Under the pieces are notes generated by a model. It worked only from the letters and a program-made list of their open reading frames with translations. It searched no databases and was not told the origin of the DNA. From Pyrinomonadaceae bacterium (GTDB taxonomy: Bacteria; Acidobacteriota; Blastocatellia; Pyrinomonadales; Pyrinomonadaceae), in the NCBI GenBank assembly GCA_044867025.1, contig JBIOUJ010000262.1, positions 717-64,716 of the forward strand: a stretch of DNA of 64,000 nucleotides. Reading direction: 5' to 3'. Positions within the stretch are counted from its first letter, which is position 1; every line of letters starts with the position of its first letter. The position numbers and the translations under genes are program-made. Of the stretch, positions 1 through 8,845 are shown piece after piece.

Positions 1-3000
1 GGATTGAGACTGGAAACGTTCGTGCCGATTCCCAGGAGGCCAAACGGATTGGCGCCCCAGGCCCGAATCACACCGCCAGTGGCTGGATTCCCGATCAACG
101 CCAGAACTGAAGCGCCTCCGGCGACTGTCGCAAAGACATCTGAAATCCCGGGTACGGAAACTGGCGTCGGATGCGACACCACATCCTGAAATCCGAGACC
201 GAGCTGTCCGTTATCATTTTGGCCGAAGACTTTGAGCGTGCCCGATGGTTCGGTCACAACCGCAAACCCCGAGCCGCCCGAAACATGCTTAGCCAACAGT
301 CCAGCGATCACCGTTGGCACCGGATATGGACCATTATCGGGTAGACCACGACCGAGTTGGCCCCTGAAGTTGTTGCCATAGGAAAGTAGGCTTCCGTCCG
401 GGTTGAGCACGATCGTCGACGAGGCACCTGTTGATGCGCTGAGCATGCCTTTCAACGCCGGCAACTCTATGGGCGACATCACGCTTAGAGTGCCTGAGGT
501 ACCGTCTCCAAGTTGGCCCGAAAAACTGACGCCCCAACCGAATACCGTCCCGTCGCCCTTCATCGCGTAGGATACGCCGCCGCGCAGGAAAATACTTACG
601 ATGCCGGTGAGACCGGATACTTGAACCGGAGTTGGATGGTTGCCAAAGTCCGCCGTGCCGAGACCCAAATCGCCCTGGCTGTTTGCTCCCCATACCCACA
701 CAGTGCCGTCCGATTTCAGCGCCATGGCGTGAGTGTCGTTGGCCGCGATCGCTGTCACTGACGTCAGTGATGCCTGGATCGGACGGGTCGCCCCAATTGG
801 TACCATCGATCCGGTTCCCAATCTACCCCATGAATTGTCGCCCCAGGTCCACACTGTGCCGTCGCTTTTCAGCGCCATTGAAAAGTTGTGTCCTGCGGCG
901 ATGTCCACTACTGACATCAGATCCTCTACCTGGACCGGAGTGTTCCGTTGCTCAAATGTTCCATCGCCCAACTGTCCAACGATATTGAAGCCCCACGCCC
1001 ACACGGTGCCCCGTCGCAGTGCGAGGACGTGATTTCCACCGACAGTGAGCGAGATCTTCTTCGCCTCCGTAAACGGGGTCGCCTCATTTACGCGAGGAGT
1101 TACAGTGGCGCTATTGTTTGCGGGATTGGAATCCTCACTCGTGGTTGAAATGTTTGCGGTTGCAGTAAGCGTAGTCCCATTAGCTGCATTCACTTTCGCG
1201 GTTACGCGGAAAGTGACGATTGTAGCTCCGAAGATGTGGAAGAACCCTGCGCTAGCGGTTCCACCATCCGCACCCGATGGAGGGATGCAAGCCGGATCGC
1301 ATGACACAAAGCTGACACCTGATGGAAGAGCAATCGAAATCTGAGTGTTGTTTGCGATTCCCAATCCTACATTTCGTCCAATAACAACAAACTCAACTGC
1401 CTCGCCAGTCGGAACGGGATCCGGACTGGCGACAAAAGAGGTGATTACCAGATCTGCCGGTGGTGTCGGCGTCGGAGTTGGAGTGGGAGTTGGCGTCGGT
1501 GTCGGTGTAGGCGGCGCGCCGTTCGAGGTCCAATTTAGAGTGATGTTGCCGAATTCGCTGTTCCAACCGTCAATCGCGATGCGGTACGCCTGTCCGGCGA
1601 TAACATTGAACTGAACGCTGCTCGCTGTGTTTGTACCCTGTGCGATGTCGTCATTCGCGATTACGGGCAAAAGCTGGTTGACGGGTGAACCGATGTACAC
1701 AGCGAGCGTCGTATCGAAGTTACTACCGATCGTGTCAAACGTCGCTTGTCCGTTCACGGGTGATACCCAGGAGTACCAGACCGACTTGTCACCAAGGAAA
1801 TTGGCGTGGCCCGGCTCACCGGCCTCGCGCGTCGCGTTCACATTTGTTCCCGTAAGCGATCCGGTTGCGGTGGTTAGCACGATGGCATTGGCGAAGTTGT
1901 CGTTCGGCGGGCGCACTGGTGCTGGTCCACCAATCGCGTAACCAAACAAGTCGAGCGCGAGGATGTCGTTCTCGCTGATTGTTCGACGCAGTCCGCTCGA
2001 CAACGTCGGATCCATGATGCCGATGTATTGTTGCGGCGGGTCGAGCGAGTCGTCGCGCCAGTGACTCGACTGCCTTCCGTCACCATCACCGGGATCGGGA
2101 TCTGGACCACCAGTCGACAGCGCGAGTTCCAACGTCGCGTACGTCGTGACCTGGTTGCCGAAGAACACTTGATCGCCGCCGAGCGACATGATGCGCGGCG
2201 TGGTGGCGAACGTGGCGAGGGTGGCCCTCGACCGCTTGAACCGAAAAACGTCCCAGGTAGTAACCGATGAGGTGTTGCCGGCACCTGCGTTTGAAGTAAA
2301 CCCAAGAGCGTGACCGATTTCGTGGACCGCGACGGCGTCGAAATCGGTGAAACCCGAACTGATGCCGTCATCGGGATTGAAATCGAACGCGTGTGCGGAA
2401 TTGAAGCCGATGCCGGCGTCGCCGTCGCCGAGCACTCGCGAGTTGGGATCGGTAATGTCCGGAATAATGCCGAGGGCGCGCGCGTTCGGCACCGTCGCTA
2501 ATGCGTTCGTAACACTGCTGACGACGTCGTTCACTTCGATTGGCAGTTCAGTTAACGGAAGTGCGTTGTAGAGTTCTGCCTCGGCGCTGGTTGACGCACG
2601 AGTTATCAGGCGCTGACGCAGATCGGAAAAAGGCCCGCTCAAAAAATCCACGCCTGTCTGACCGAGTATGTTGGGACTGCTGTAAGCGTGGCCGAAGAAC
2701 GTCGTTCCGAAATCGACGTCGATGACAACTGTGATCGGAGTGGCGATGATGGCTTCCCAACGGTTCGCAGCGACGATGAAGGCGTTCTTTGCGGTTTGGT
2801 TCTGCTCCAACTGCGGCGTGCTGTGCAGGACGATCCTTAGTCCCGCCGAAGGCAAAAGATCCACACCCGGTGGAGACTCGACTGCCGTCTGCTCGCTGGT
2901 CTTATCTCCTCGGCGTGGAGCGCCTGAGTAGATGACGCGCGTAGGGCCGCCCTTATGACGCGAATTGATCTGATCGCGCTCGGCTTTAGTGGCACGTCGA

Positions 3001-3200
3001 CATGTCGACTCGCCGCGTTCGTTCTGATAGATGACGAACGTGTCGTCGTCGCTGGTTGTAATGGTCCAATTCTGTGGCGGTCTTTGAGTCTGGAACCTGG
3101 CCTCGGACGAGTGCGGTAAAAAGATGGCGCAGCACAACCCCGCCAGTAGTGCGAAGGCAGCAGCCCTGGAGGCAGAGGGTCGGAGAAAGGGGGACCTCAT
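1..3200 (-). CDS. Secreted multidomain protein, 3'-partial (runs off the window start). It has a signal peptide, an HExxH zinc-metalloprotease domain, a PT linker, a DUF11-like domain and RCC1-type propeller repeats.
   Basis: This gene is absent from the ORF track because it has no stop codon inside the window. My manual translation of the minus strand from the ATG (complement of cat at 3198-3200) stays open to position 1. It begins MRSPFLRPSASRAAAFALLAGLCCAIF. It contains AVHEIGHALGF (HExxH) and APPTPTPTPTPTPTPTPTPPAD, whose shadow is the GVGVGV ORF at 1345-1614. It also carries repeated RCC1-like blades (ALKSDGTVWTWG, GQLGDG, GDLGLG, GQLGRG, GQLGLG). The + strand ORFs listed in 4-3327 are antisense shadows. 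Confidence 0.8.
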   Translation of the reverse strand, partial: MRSPFLRPSASRAAAFALLAGLCCAIFLPHSSEARFQTQRPPQNWTITTSDDDTFVIYQNERGESTCRRATKAERDQINSRHKGGPTRVIYSGAPRRGDKTSEQTAVESPPGVDLLPSAGLRIVLHSTPQLEQNQTAKNAFIVAANRWEAIIATPITVVIDVDFGTTFFGHAYSSPNILGQTGVDFLSGPFSDLRQRLITRASTSAEAELYNALPLTELPIEVNDVVSSVTNALATVPNARALGIIPDITDPNSRVLGDGDAGIGFNSAHAFDFNPDDGISSGFTDFDAVAVHEIGHALGFTSNAGAGNTSSVTTWDVFRFKRSRATLATFATTPRIMSLGGDQVFFGNQVTTYATLELALSTGGPDPDPGDGDGRQSSHWRDDSLDPPQQYIGIMDPTLSSGLRRTISENDILALDLFGYAIGGPAPVRPPNDNFANAIVLTTATGSLTGTNVNATREAGEPGHANFLGDKSVWYSWVSPVNGQATFDTIGSNFDTTLAVYIGSPVNQLLPVIANDDIAQGTNTASSVQFNVIAGQAYRIAIDGWNSEFGNITLNWTSNGAPPTPTPTPTPTPTPTPTPPADLVITSFVASPDPVPTGEAVEFVVIGRNVGLGIANNTQISIALPSGVSFVSCDPACIPPSGADGGTASAGFFHIFGATIVTFRVTAKVNAANGTTLTATANISTTSEDSNPANNSATVTPRVNEATPFTEAKKISLTVGGNHVLALRRGTVWAWGFNIVGQLGDGTFEQRNTPVQVEDLMSVVDIAAGHNFSMALKSDGTVWTWGDNSWGRLGTGSMVPIGATRPIQASLTSVTAIAANDTHAMALKSDGTVWVWGANSQGDLGLGTADFGNHPTPVQVSGLTGIVSIFLRGGVSYAMKGDGTVFGWGVSFSGQLGDGTSGTLSVMSPIELPALKGMLSASTGASSTIVLNPDGSLLSYGNNFRGQLGRGLPDNGPYPVPTVIAGLLAKHVSGGSGFAVVTEPSGTLKVFGQNDNGQLGLGFQDVVSHPTPVSVPGISDVFATVAGGASVLALIGNPATGGVIRAWGANPFGLLGIGTNVSSLN

Positions 3201-3252
3201 AGGCGACGGCAGTGTCTCACAAACCGTTACCCTGAGAAAAGCTCCGCTAAAT

Positions 3253-3455
3253 ACGCCGAAGGCGTTGGCTAATTCCAGCCCAGGGTTGGAGCGCAGCGAC
3301 AACCCTGGGATCACAAGAGCCAATTAGAGCAAACGCTGAAAGCGTTAGGCCTGTGCGACATTAACCCTTACAGGGTTGAAAGCATCGCGATATGTATCCC
3401 CAGGGTTGTCGCCCGCTCCAACCCTGGGCTGGAATTAGCCAACGCCTTCGGCGTT
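3253..3455. repeat. Repeat family A: a composite palindromic element of about 200 bp
   Basis: The left arm is acgccgaaggcgttggctaattccagcccagggttggagcgcagcgacaaccctggg. The right arm, cccagggttgtcgcccgctccaaccctgggctggaattagccaacgccttcggcgtt, is its inverted copy. The core carries small hairpins (aacgctgaaagcgtt, aacccttacagggtt). Related copies lie at 26313-26752 and from 63706 to the window end. Confidence 0.85.
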
Positions 3456-3522
3456 ACATACCGGAGCACGGGACAACGCTTACTCCATTGGGTTGAATCC
3501 AACAGCCGCCTCGTATTGTTCC

Positions 3523-5520
3523 ATGTTCAAGACTCTTCTAATATGCCTGGCTTGCCTGACGGTCGTGGTGAACACTGCCGGCCAGGAGCGAGCAACCTAC
3601 TCCGCTGAGAAGCTTCAGCGTGAAGTAACTTTCCTGCTACTCGACAAAAACATCAACGACGTAACGAAGCAACTCGACAACGAAAGCCCTTCAACCGTTA
3701 ATTCCCTGCTTCGCCGCCTCGTCATCTACAGTCGCGCGGGCCAAACCGCCAACGTGCGCAAGACACTCGAACAATTGAGCGCCCATCCGGATTGGAAATG
3801 TCTCGTTGGTTCCGATCTGACATGGCTGATCCGGAATGCTGACGGGGGTGACTTCGGCGCACGCCGTCTCTACTACGAACGACTCTGCCCCGACGATATA
3901 AACGGCGGTGAAGAGTTCATCACACTTTGGGCCAAAAACGGCGATCTAAAAGAGCTCGACGCCTGGCTGGCTGAACGTTCGAATCGAAATGATGACTGGC
4001 TGATGTACCGCGTCGGTCTGCGCGCGAAGTCAGGCACAGTCGGCGAGGTGCTGGATGCGCTCGCCGCTGAGATAAGGGCAAACCCATCTGATTGGTGGCG
4101 CCTCGAGCGCTACCTGCGAGCAAACAATTACGCCGGCACAATACAAGACGTAAAGTGGCTCGCCGACACTTTCGTAGCCCGCACAGCCAGTGACTACTTC
4201 CAGTTCGCTGAACGCCTGCGACATTACTCGCCTCCAGCCGGCGCGAAACTTCTCGAGAAATCACTCGACCTTCCCTTCACCGACGCCGATGCGAAAGTGG
4301 TTAACGATTTAATAAACCGGTCCCTCTCGATCGGTCTATCAATCAAGATCAACGCCGAGAAGCAACTTCGCTATTGGACCAAACGAAGCCTCGCGGAAAC
4401 GTACCAGGCAATGAACCAGTCGCTCGCGGCTCAACCCCTGGTGGAAGAGCTCGTGTCAATGAAAGGCGACGACATATTACTGGCAGACGTCCATCAGTTA
4501 GCAGGCGCTGTGCAAGGCGGTTCGGGACAGCGAGTGGTAGAGACGAAGATTCTCGGTGATGAAGTCGCACGACGGTCCACATCCGAATACTGGCTCGAGC
4601 GCGCCGCGTATTACCACGGACGCAATGATTTCGGACTCGAACGGGATTCGTACCGGCAAGCCTTAGTCGCACTGCCACTCAGACCTGACGACAGCAACGC
4701 GCTAAACGAACGCTTCAACGTCGTCAGATCATTTGCTTTCTTTCTTGGAGAAAAGGACAACAACAAACTCGAGCTTGAAAAACTTTTGACACGCGAATTG
4801 AGCAGCGTTGCGCCGGAAACAGAGTACGCGTTTCAGATCGCCAGGCTGATTACCCAGAATGAGTTGAGAGTCGACGAGTTGCGAAACTCCCTCCTCGCCA
4901 AACGACCGTCGTTTTTCGCGCGGTTGCTGGATGGACGTCGCGAGTGGGGTGTCGAAGAAATGACGTTGATCGAAGACATCGTGCACCGTGAAGAAGTTCC
5001 ATCTGAGTTAAAAGAAAAAATCTGGTCCAGCCTCGAGGCCCTGGCTCGCAATCCGGGTTCAAGCCGCGCCTATCACCTCGCCGACGCGATGCAGCACAGT
5101 GACGAATGGCAACGAGCGATTCCGCTGTGGCGTGGTTACATCAAGCACGCTTCGCCCACGAGTTGGGAACGTTACAAGACCGACGGATTCGGTAAACTGT
5201 TCACCGCATACTGCCGCACAAAACAATGGCAGGACGCCGAGAAACTTTTGATCGCTGAACAGGATGCGTTCTGGCCTGTTTTGCCGAGTGCGCTGGCGGA
5301 GGTGGCGCTGGTTGCCGCACAGCAGAACGCCATCGCCGATGCGATGCGACTGTGGCGAAAGAGTACAAATCTGGACCGGCGAAACCTCGAAACCCTCGCT
5401 CAACTAGCTCAGACCAAGGCCCGACCGCAGTTGGTCGAAATGTACTCAAACATGAAAAAGGAAGATCCCCAATCCCGCATCCCAGACCTCGCCTTGCGAC
5501 TGTTGCAGCCGTCAAACTGA
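3523..5520 (+). CDS. Hypothetical secreted all-alpha (TPR-like) protein
   Basis: This is ORF 3493-5520. The ATG at 3523 gives a signal-like N-terminus, MFKTLLICLACLTVVVNTAGQ. The rest is helix-rich (W/R/E/L-rich) with no catalytic motif that I recognise. Confidence 0.6.
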   Translation: MFKTLLICLACLTVVVNTAGQERATYSAEKLQREVTFLLLDKNINDVTKQLDNESPSTVNSLLRRLVIYSRAGQTANVRKTLEQLSAHPDWKCLVGSDLTWLIRNADGGDFGARRLYYERLCPDDINGGEEFITLWAKNGDLKELDAWLAERSNRNDDWLMYRVGLRAKSGTVGEVLDALAAEIRANPSDWWRLERYLRANNYAGTIQDVKWLADTFVARTASDYFQFAERLRHYSPPAGAKLLEKSLDLPFTDADAKVVNDLINRSLSIGLSIKINAEKQLRYWTKRSLAETYQAMNQSLAAQPLVEELVSMKGDDILLADVHQLAGAVQGGSGQRVVETKILGDEVARRSTSEYWLERAAYYHGRNDFGLERDSYRQALVALPLRPDDSNALNERFNVVRSFAFFLGEKDNNKLELEKLLTRELSSVAPETEYAFQIARLITQNELRVDELRNSLLAKRPSFFARLLDGRREWGVEEMTLIEDIVHREEVPSELKEKIWSSLEALARNPGSSRAYHLADAMQHSDEWQRAIPLWRGYIKHASPTSWERYKTDGFGKLFTAYCRTKQWQDAEKLLIAEQDAFWPVLPSALAEVALVAAQQNAIADAMRLWRKSTNLDRRNLETLAQLAQTKARPQLVEMYSNMKKEDPQSRIPDLALRLLQPSN

Positions 5521-5584
5521 TTCAAAAAGTCAATTTGAAGAGCAATAAACGTCATATTTACCGGGATTTAAACCAGAAAAATCA

Positions 5585-5614
5585 TTGACAAACAATTCGG
5601 CAGGCTCCTAATAT
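5585..5614 (+). promoter_or_regulatory. Candidate sigma70-type promoter of the fibre locus
   Basis: TTGACA (5585-5590), an 18-nt spacer, then TAATAT (5609-5614), about 155 nt upstream of the ATG at 5771. The predicted leader contains the hairpin gcggcc..ggccgc. Confidence 0.4.
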
Positions 5615-5770
5615 CCTTGTGCGGCCGCTGATATAGGGTAAGGGGCCGCAACACGCTGCTTGAATCCTCCGATACGAGCTAACCCCTATAAACCCTCTTC
5701 CTCAGTCTCATTTCAAAAGCTGACCTGAGCCTACGCGCGCGAGCGCGAATCTCAACCTAGGAGCAACGAC

Positions 5771-6463
5771 ATGTTTAAAATTACCAAGGGTGTTCTAACG
5801 GCCCTGGCTATAGCAACCCTGCTTATGATGACCGCTGCGGTATCATTTGCTCAGACCACCGGTTCGGTGACCATGAACGCAACCGTCTCGAACTTTGTCG
5901 AGTTGACTTCCGGCGGAGCCGTGACGCTCACCGGTAATTCGGGCGGCAGCGTTATCACGGACGGCACCGCAAACAGTCCCCTGGCAGTGGTCGTAAATCT
6001 GGGCGAATTAGGACCGAGCAACACCAATAGTTTCGTGAAATTGAGCGTGCCGCTCAGACTTCGCAGCAACGTAGCCTATCAGCTCAACATGGTTACCAGC
6101 GTTGCGGGCGCTGGTGCGACCGCTTTCAGTCTCAAAGATACCGACGTGGGTTTTGGTTTGACTCCAGCCGCGCGACCGGCAAATCTGGCCGCGGGTGTAG
6201 ACACGAACGCGACCCCTGGCGATCCGACGGTCGGTGGCAGCACGGATGCCAACGGACGCTGGGTCTTCTCTGGAGCGAATTCCACTCTCGGCGCTTATTC
6301 TTCGACTGGTGCAGTTTTGAGTGGACCACGCGTTAACCAGGCAGTCGCCGCAAACAGCAATACCAGTTTAACTTTCCCCGCGATCTTCGCAATCAAGCCT
6401 CAGTTCTTTGATCCTGCTCCGGCGATCACGATCACCGCGCAGTTCACTGTCGTAGCACTTTAG
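5771..6463 (+). CDS. Small secreted beta-rich protein, putative fibre/pilus subunit, paralog 1
   Basis: An AGGAG Shine-Dalgarno sits 7 nt upstream. The signal peptide is MFKITKGVLTALAIATLLMMTAAVSFA. The mature N-terminus has an alternating pattern, TGSVTMNATVS. It shares blocks with the next two ORFs (GGAVTLTGNSGG, NLGELGPSNTNSF, VPLRLRSN, FAIKPQFF) and has a C-terminal beta-strand, ITITAQFTVVAL. Confidence 0.75.
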   Translation: MFKITKGVLTALAIATLLMMTAAVSFAQTTGSVTMNATVSNFVELTSGGAVTLTGNSGGSVITDGTANSPLAVVVNLGELGPSNTNSFVKLSVPLRLRSNVAYQLNMVTSVAGAGATAFSLKDTDVGFGLTPAARPANLAAGVDTNATPGDPTVGGSTDANGRWVFSGANSTLGAYSSTGAVLSGPRVNQAVAANSNTSLTFPAIFAIKPQFFDPAPAITITAQFTVVAL

Positions 6464-6468
6464 TCTTT

Positions 6469-6556
6469 CTCTGCGTACCTCTGCGTACCTCTGCGCCTCT
6501 GCGGTGCACTATGATTTTCACCGCAGAGGCGCAGAGGTACGCAGAGGTACGCAGAG
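6469..6556. terminator. Repeat family D (CTCTGCG-unit) perfect hairpin, a candidate intra-operon attenuator or terminator
   Basis: Perfect 38-bp arms, ctctgcgtacctctgcgtacctctgcgcctctgcggtg (6469-6506) and its exact reverse complement (6519-6556), separated by a 12-nt loop. It starts 6 nt after the stop of subunit 1. The track ORF beginning at 6511 (MIFTAEAQRYAEVRRG) translates the right arm. Confidence 0.6.
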
Positions 6557-6597
6557 GTTGGTCTTCGGACCAACATATTCACGCCCGCCTCAAGGAT

Positions 6598-7296
6598 ATG
6601 AACATGCCCCGCCTAACCAAACCTCTACTACTTACGATATTGCTTGTCTCTGCTGTTACCTGTGTTGGACAGTCCACTACAGGAACAGTCAGCATGAGCG
6701 CGACCGTTTCAAAATTCGTCGAGATTAATTCAGGTGGCGCCGTCACCCTTACCGGCAACTCGGGTGGAGGTGTCACGACGGACGGCGTAGCCAACAGTCC
6801 GCTCGCGGTGTCGATCAACCTCGGTGAGCTTGGTCCAAGCAACACCAACAGCTTCGTCACTGCACAAGTACCACTCAGACTGAGAAGCAATGCGTCTTAT
6901 GTTTTATCGATGACCGCAACTGTGACCAGCTCCGGCACCACGAGCAACAGAATTGGCGCCGCCGATGTAGGTTTCGGACTGGGAACAGTTACGCGATCCG
7001 GAATGGGTGTTAACCCGACCGGCACGGATACGAATGCGACGTCGGGTGATCCGACTCTGGCGGCTAATGGATCGGTTAACGGGACGACGGGCCGCTATGA
7101 ATTCACGGCGGTGAGATCAAATCTCAGCGCGTTCTCTTCAGCCACGACTGCGCTCAGCGGCCCTTTCATCATGAACGCGGTGCCGCGCAGCAATGTCAAC
7201 GGGCTGAGCGTACCCGCATTCTTCGCAATCAAGCCTCAGTTTTTCGAAAACGGGACCACCACCGTCTCCGTCACTTTCACCGTGACCGCACCGTAA
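6598..7296 (+). CDS. Putative fibre/pilus subunit, paralog 2
   Basis: In-frame ATGs at 6598 and 6604 give MNMPRLTKPLLLTILLVSAVTCVGQ (signal peptide). The protein then runs collinear with paralog 1: TGTVSMSATVSKFVEINSGGAVTLTGNSGGGVTTDG, NLGELGPSNTNSF, VPLRLRSN, FAIKPQFF, VSVTFTVTAP. The longer 6511 start lies inside the hairpin repeat and is rejected. Confidence 0.75.
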   Translation: MNMPRLTKPLLLTILLVSAVTCVGQSTTGTVSMSATVSKFVEINSGGAVTLTGNSGGGVTTDGVANSPLAVSINLGELGPSNTNSFVTAQVPLRLRSNASYVLSMTATVTSSGTTSNRIGAADVGFGLGTVTRSGMGVNPTGTDTNATSGDPTLAANGSVNGTTGRYEFTAVRSNLSAFSSATTALSGPFIMNAVPRSNVNGLSVPAFFAIKPQFFENGTTTVSVTFTVTAP

Positions 7297-7955
7297 TGCG
7301 TTTCTTCATATTTCTGACACTTCTGGTTTTCGTTGTCGGAGTCCAGACTGCGTCCGCGCAGGCGCTGGACATCAGCAGCGGAGGTCTACCGACGATCACG
7401 GGCTCCGTGAATGGCTCCGTCACCGGCACCGCGAATGTCACGGGTGATCTGGTGGTGACGATCAATTTCGGAGAAGTCTCGCCACTCAACACGAATTCAG
7501 TCGTAAAGGTGCTTGTGCCGATCGCGCTCCGGAGCAATCAGCCATATCAGGTGTCGGTTTCAATGTCGGGGCTAACGAATGCAAATTCAGAGGCCTTGCA
7601 AGCATCTGACGTGGGCTTCGGTGTTCAGAATCCTCGCTTACTGGGCGGCGCCGGCCAAATTTGCACTCAGAGCACTCATATCGTTCGCTCACCCTTCAAC
7701 AACGATCCTGCTCTTAGTGCAACGATAAGCGGCAGCGGACGCGTCTCGTATCCATCGACGCTCGCAAGCCTGTCTGGTCCAACTGTAATTCTCAGTGGTC
7801 CGGAACTCTCAAAAAACAACAGCTCCAAACGCCAGCAATCCGACGGATGGATTTTTGACGCTGTGTTCGCTCTGACGCCACAGTTTTTCGTCTCTGGAGT
7901 TTCTTCAGCGACTCTCATCTTTACTATCTCGCCGGGACCGAACGTTCCCTGTTGA
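7296..7955 (+). CDS. Putative fibre/pilus subunit, paralog 3 (more divergent)
   Basis: The ATG overlaps the TAA of paralog 2 (taATG). The signal peptide is MRFFIFLTLLVFVVGVQTASA. Shared blocks are INFGEVSPLNTNS, VPIALRSNQPYQVS, FALTPQFF and ATLIFTIS. Confidence 0.7.
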   Translation: MRFFIFLTLLVFVVGVQTASAQALDISSGGLPTITGSVNGSVTGTANVTGDLVVTINFGEVSPLNTNSVVKVLVPIALRSNQPYQVSVSMSGLTNANSEALQASDVGFGVQNPRLLGGAGQICTQSTHIVRSPFNNDPALSATISGSGRVSYPSTLASLSGPTVILSGPELSKNNSSKRQQSDGWIFDAVFALTPQFFVSGVSSATLIFTISPGPNVPC

Positions 7956-8845
7956 AAGGCCTTCGATCGATGCGGACTGCAAATAATGTTTGCCGAGTTC
8001 TGTTTTGGTTGTTCGTTATCGTGGTTTGCGTAAACGCGCAAAGCCCGAATCCTGATGCGACGCCACCACCTAAAGGCAATGGTATCTCCCTGGCTCCCGC
8101 GCGCTTTGAACTCGAGATGGGGCCCGGTTCTGAAACAACCGTGGTAGTGAATCTCGACTATCACAGCACTGCTGAAAACTCACAACCCGTTCGCATCGTC
8201 GCCAGCTTGAACGATTGGACCATCGATCGTGATGGTCAGGTGCAATTTGAAAAAGCTAACACGTTACCTAACTCCGCGAGTCCGTGGTTGATCTACAGTC
8301 CTGCGGAAACAACGGTGGTGCCCGGAAATCTTCATGCGATTCGAGTCACCATCACAGTACCGAAAGATGCAACTCCAGGAGATCACCTGTCAGCACTGAT
8401 CATCGAACAGCGACCGGACAGCCTGAAGTTCACTGAGGATCGTCGTCAGATGGTGATTCGATACCGAATGGCGGCGGTCTTCTACATCAAGGTTCCACAA
8501 CTTCGCCGGCAGGGCTCTTTGGAAAGCCTGCGCGCCGAAGCAAAGGAAGGCCAGGTAATCGTAACGCCCTTTCTCAAGAATGCCGGCAACAGTGTGATTC
8601 GTCCGCTTACTTCGCTGCGGGTGACGGACAGTTCCGGTTTGTCGGTTGTAGAGGTACCGCAAAGAGAATCGTTGCCGTTGCTTGGTGGTTCTGAACTGGT
8701 CCAGCCACTCGTCGTCGAGACGCGTCTCACGCCTGGAACTTACAACGTGAAATATCGTGTGGATTTTCAGGACGGGAGTAGACCGACGGAAGGTATTACT
8801 GAGTTGGTGATCCCGCAAGCGTCAAATGGCCCGTCCAACCGCTGA
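7952..8845 (+). CDS. Secreted two-domain beta protein, candidate PapD-like periplasmic chaperone
   Basis: A TTG at 7952 overlaps the TGA of paralog 3 (TTGA). An alternative ATG lies at 7970 (MRTANNVCRVLFWLFVIVVCVNAQS). The sequence reads ISLAPARFELEMGPGSETTVVVNL...WLIYSPAETTVVPGNLHAIRVTITVP, followed by a second beta domain. Its size (about 290 aa) and position directly after the subunit genes fit a pilus chaperone. Homology has not been verified. Confidence 0.5.
   Translation: MKGLRSMRTANNVCRVLFWLFVIVVCVNAQSPNPDATPPPKGNGISLAPARFELEMGPGSETTVVVNLDYHSTAENSQPVRIVASLNDWTIDRDGQVQFEKANTLPNSASPWLIYSPAETTVVPGNLHAIRVTITVPKDATPGDHLSALIIEQRPDSLKFTEDRRQMVIRYRMAAVFYIKVPQLRRQGSLESLRAEAKEGQVIVTPFLKNAGNSVIRPLTSLRVTDSSGLSVVEVPQRESLPLLGGSELVQPLVVETRLTPGTYNVKYRVDFQDGSRPTEGITELVIPQASNGPSNR

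Noticed and set aside
4-3327. About a dozen + strand ORFs in the track (for example 1345-1614 with GVGVGVGV, and 733-1032).
   Set aside because: They are antisense shadows of the long minus-strand protease-RCC1 gene. GV repeats are the reverse-complement reading of the PT linker, and the rest are low-complexity R/S/P-rich with no motifs.
6469-6556. CTCTGCG-unit arrays (also at 24218-24299 and 41192-41280) and the 79-bp tandem units at 63706-63940 as CRISPR arrays.
   Set aside because: They are palindromic arms or directly abutting tandem units without unique spacers, and no cas genes are present.
6511-6597. A longer start for subunit paralog 2 (MIFTAEAQRYAEVRRGWSSDQ...).
   Set aside because: This N-terminal extension is simply the translation of the right arm of the CTCTGCG hairpin. 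A proper signal peptide begins at the internal Met (6598/6604).
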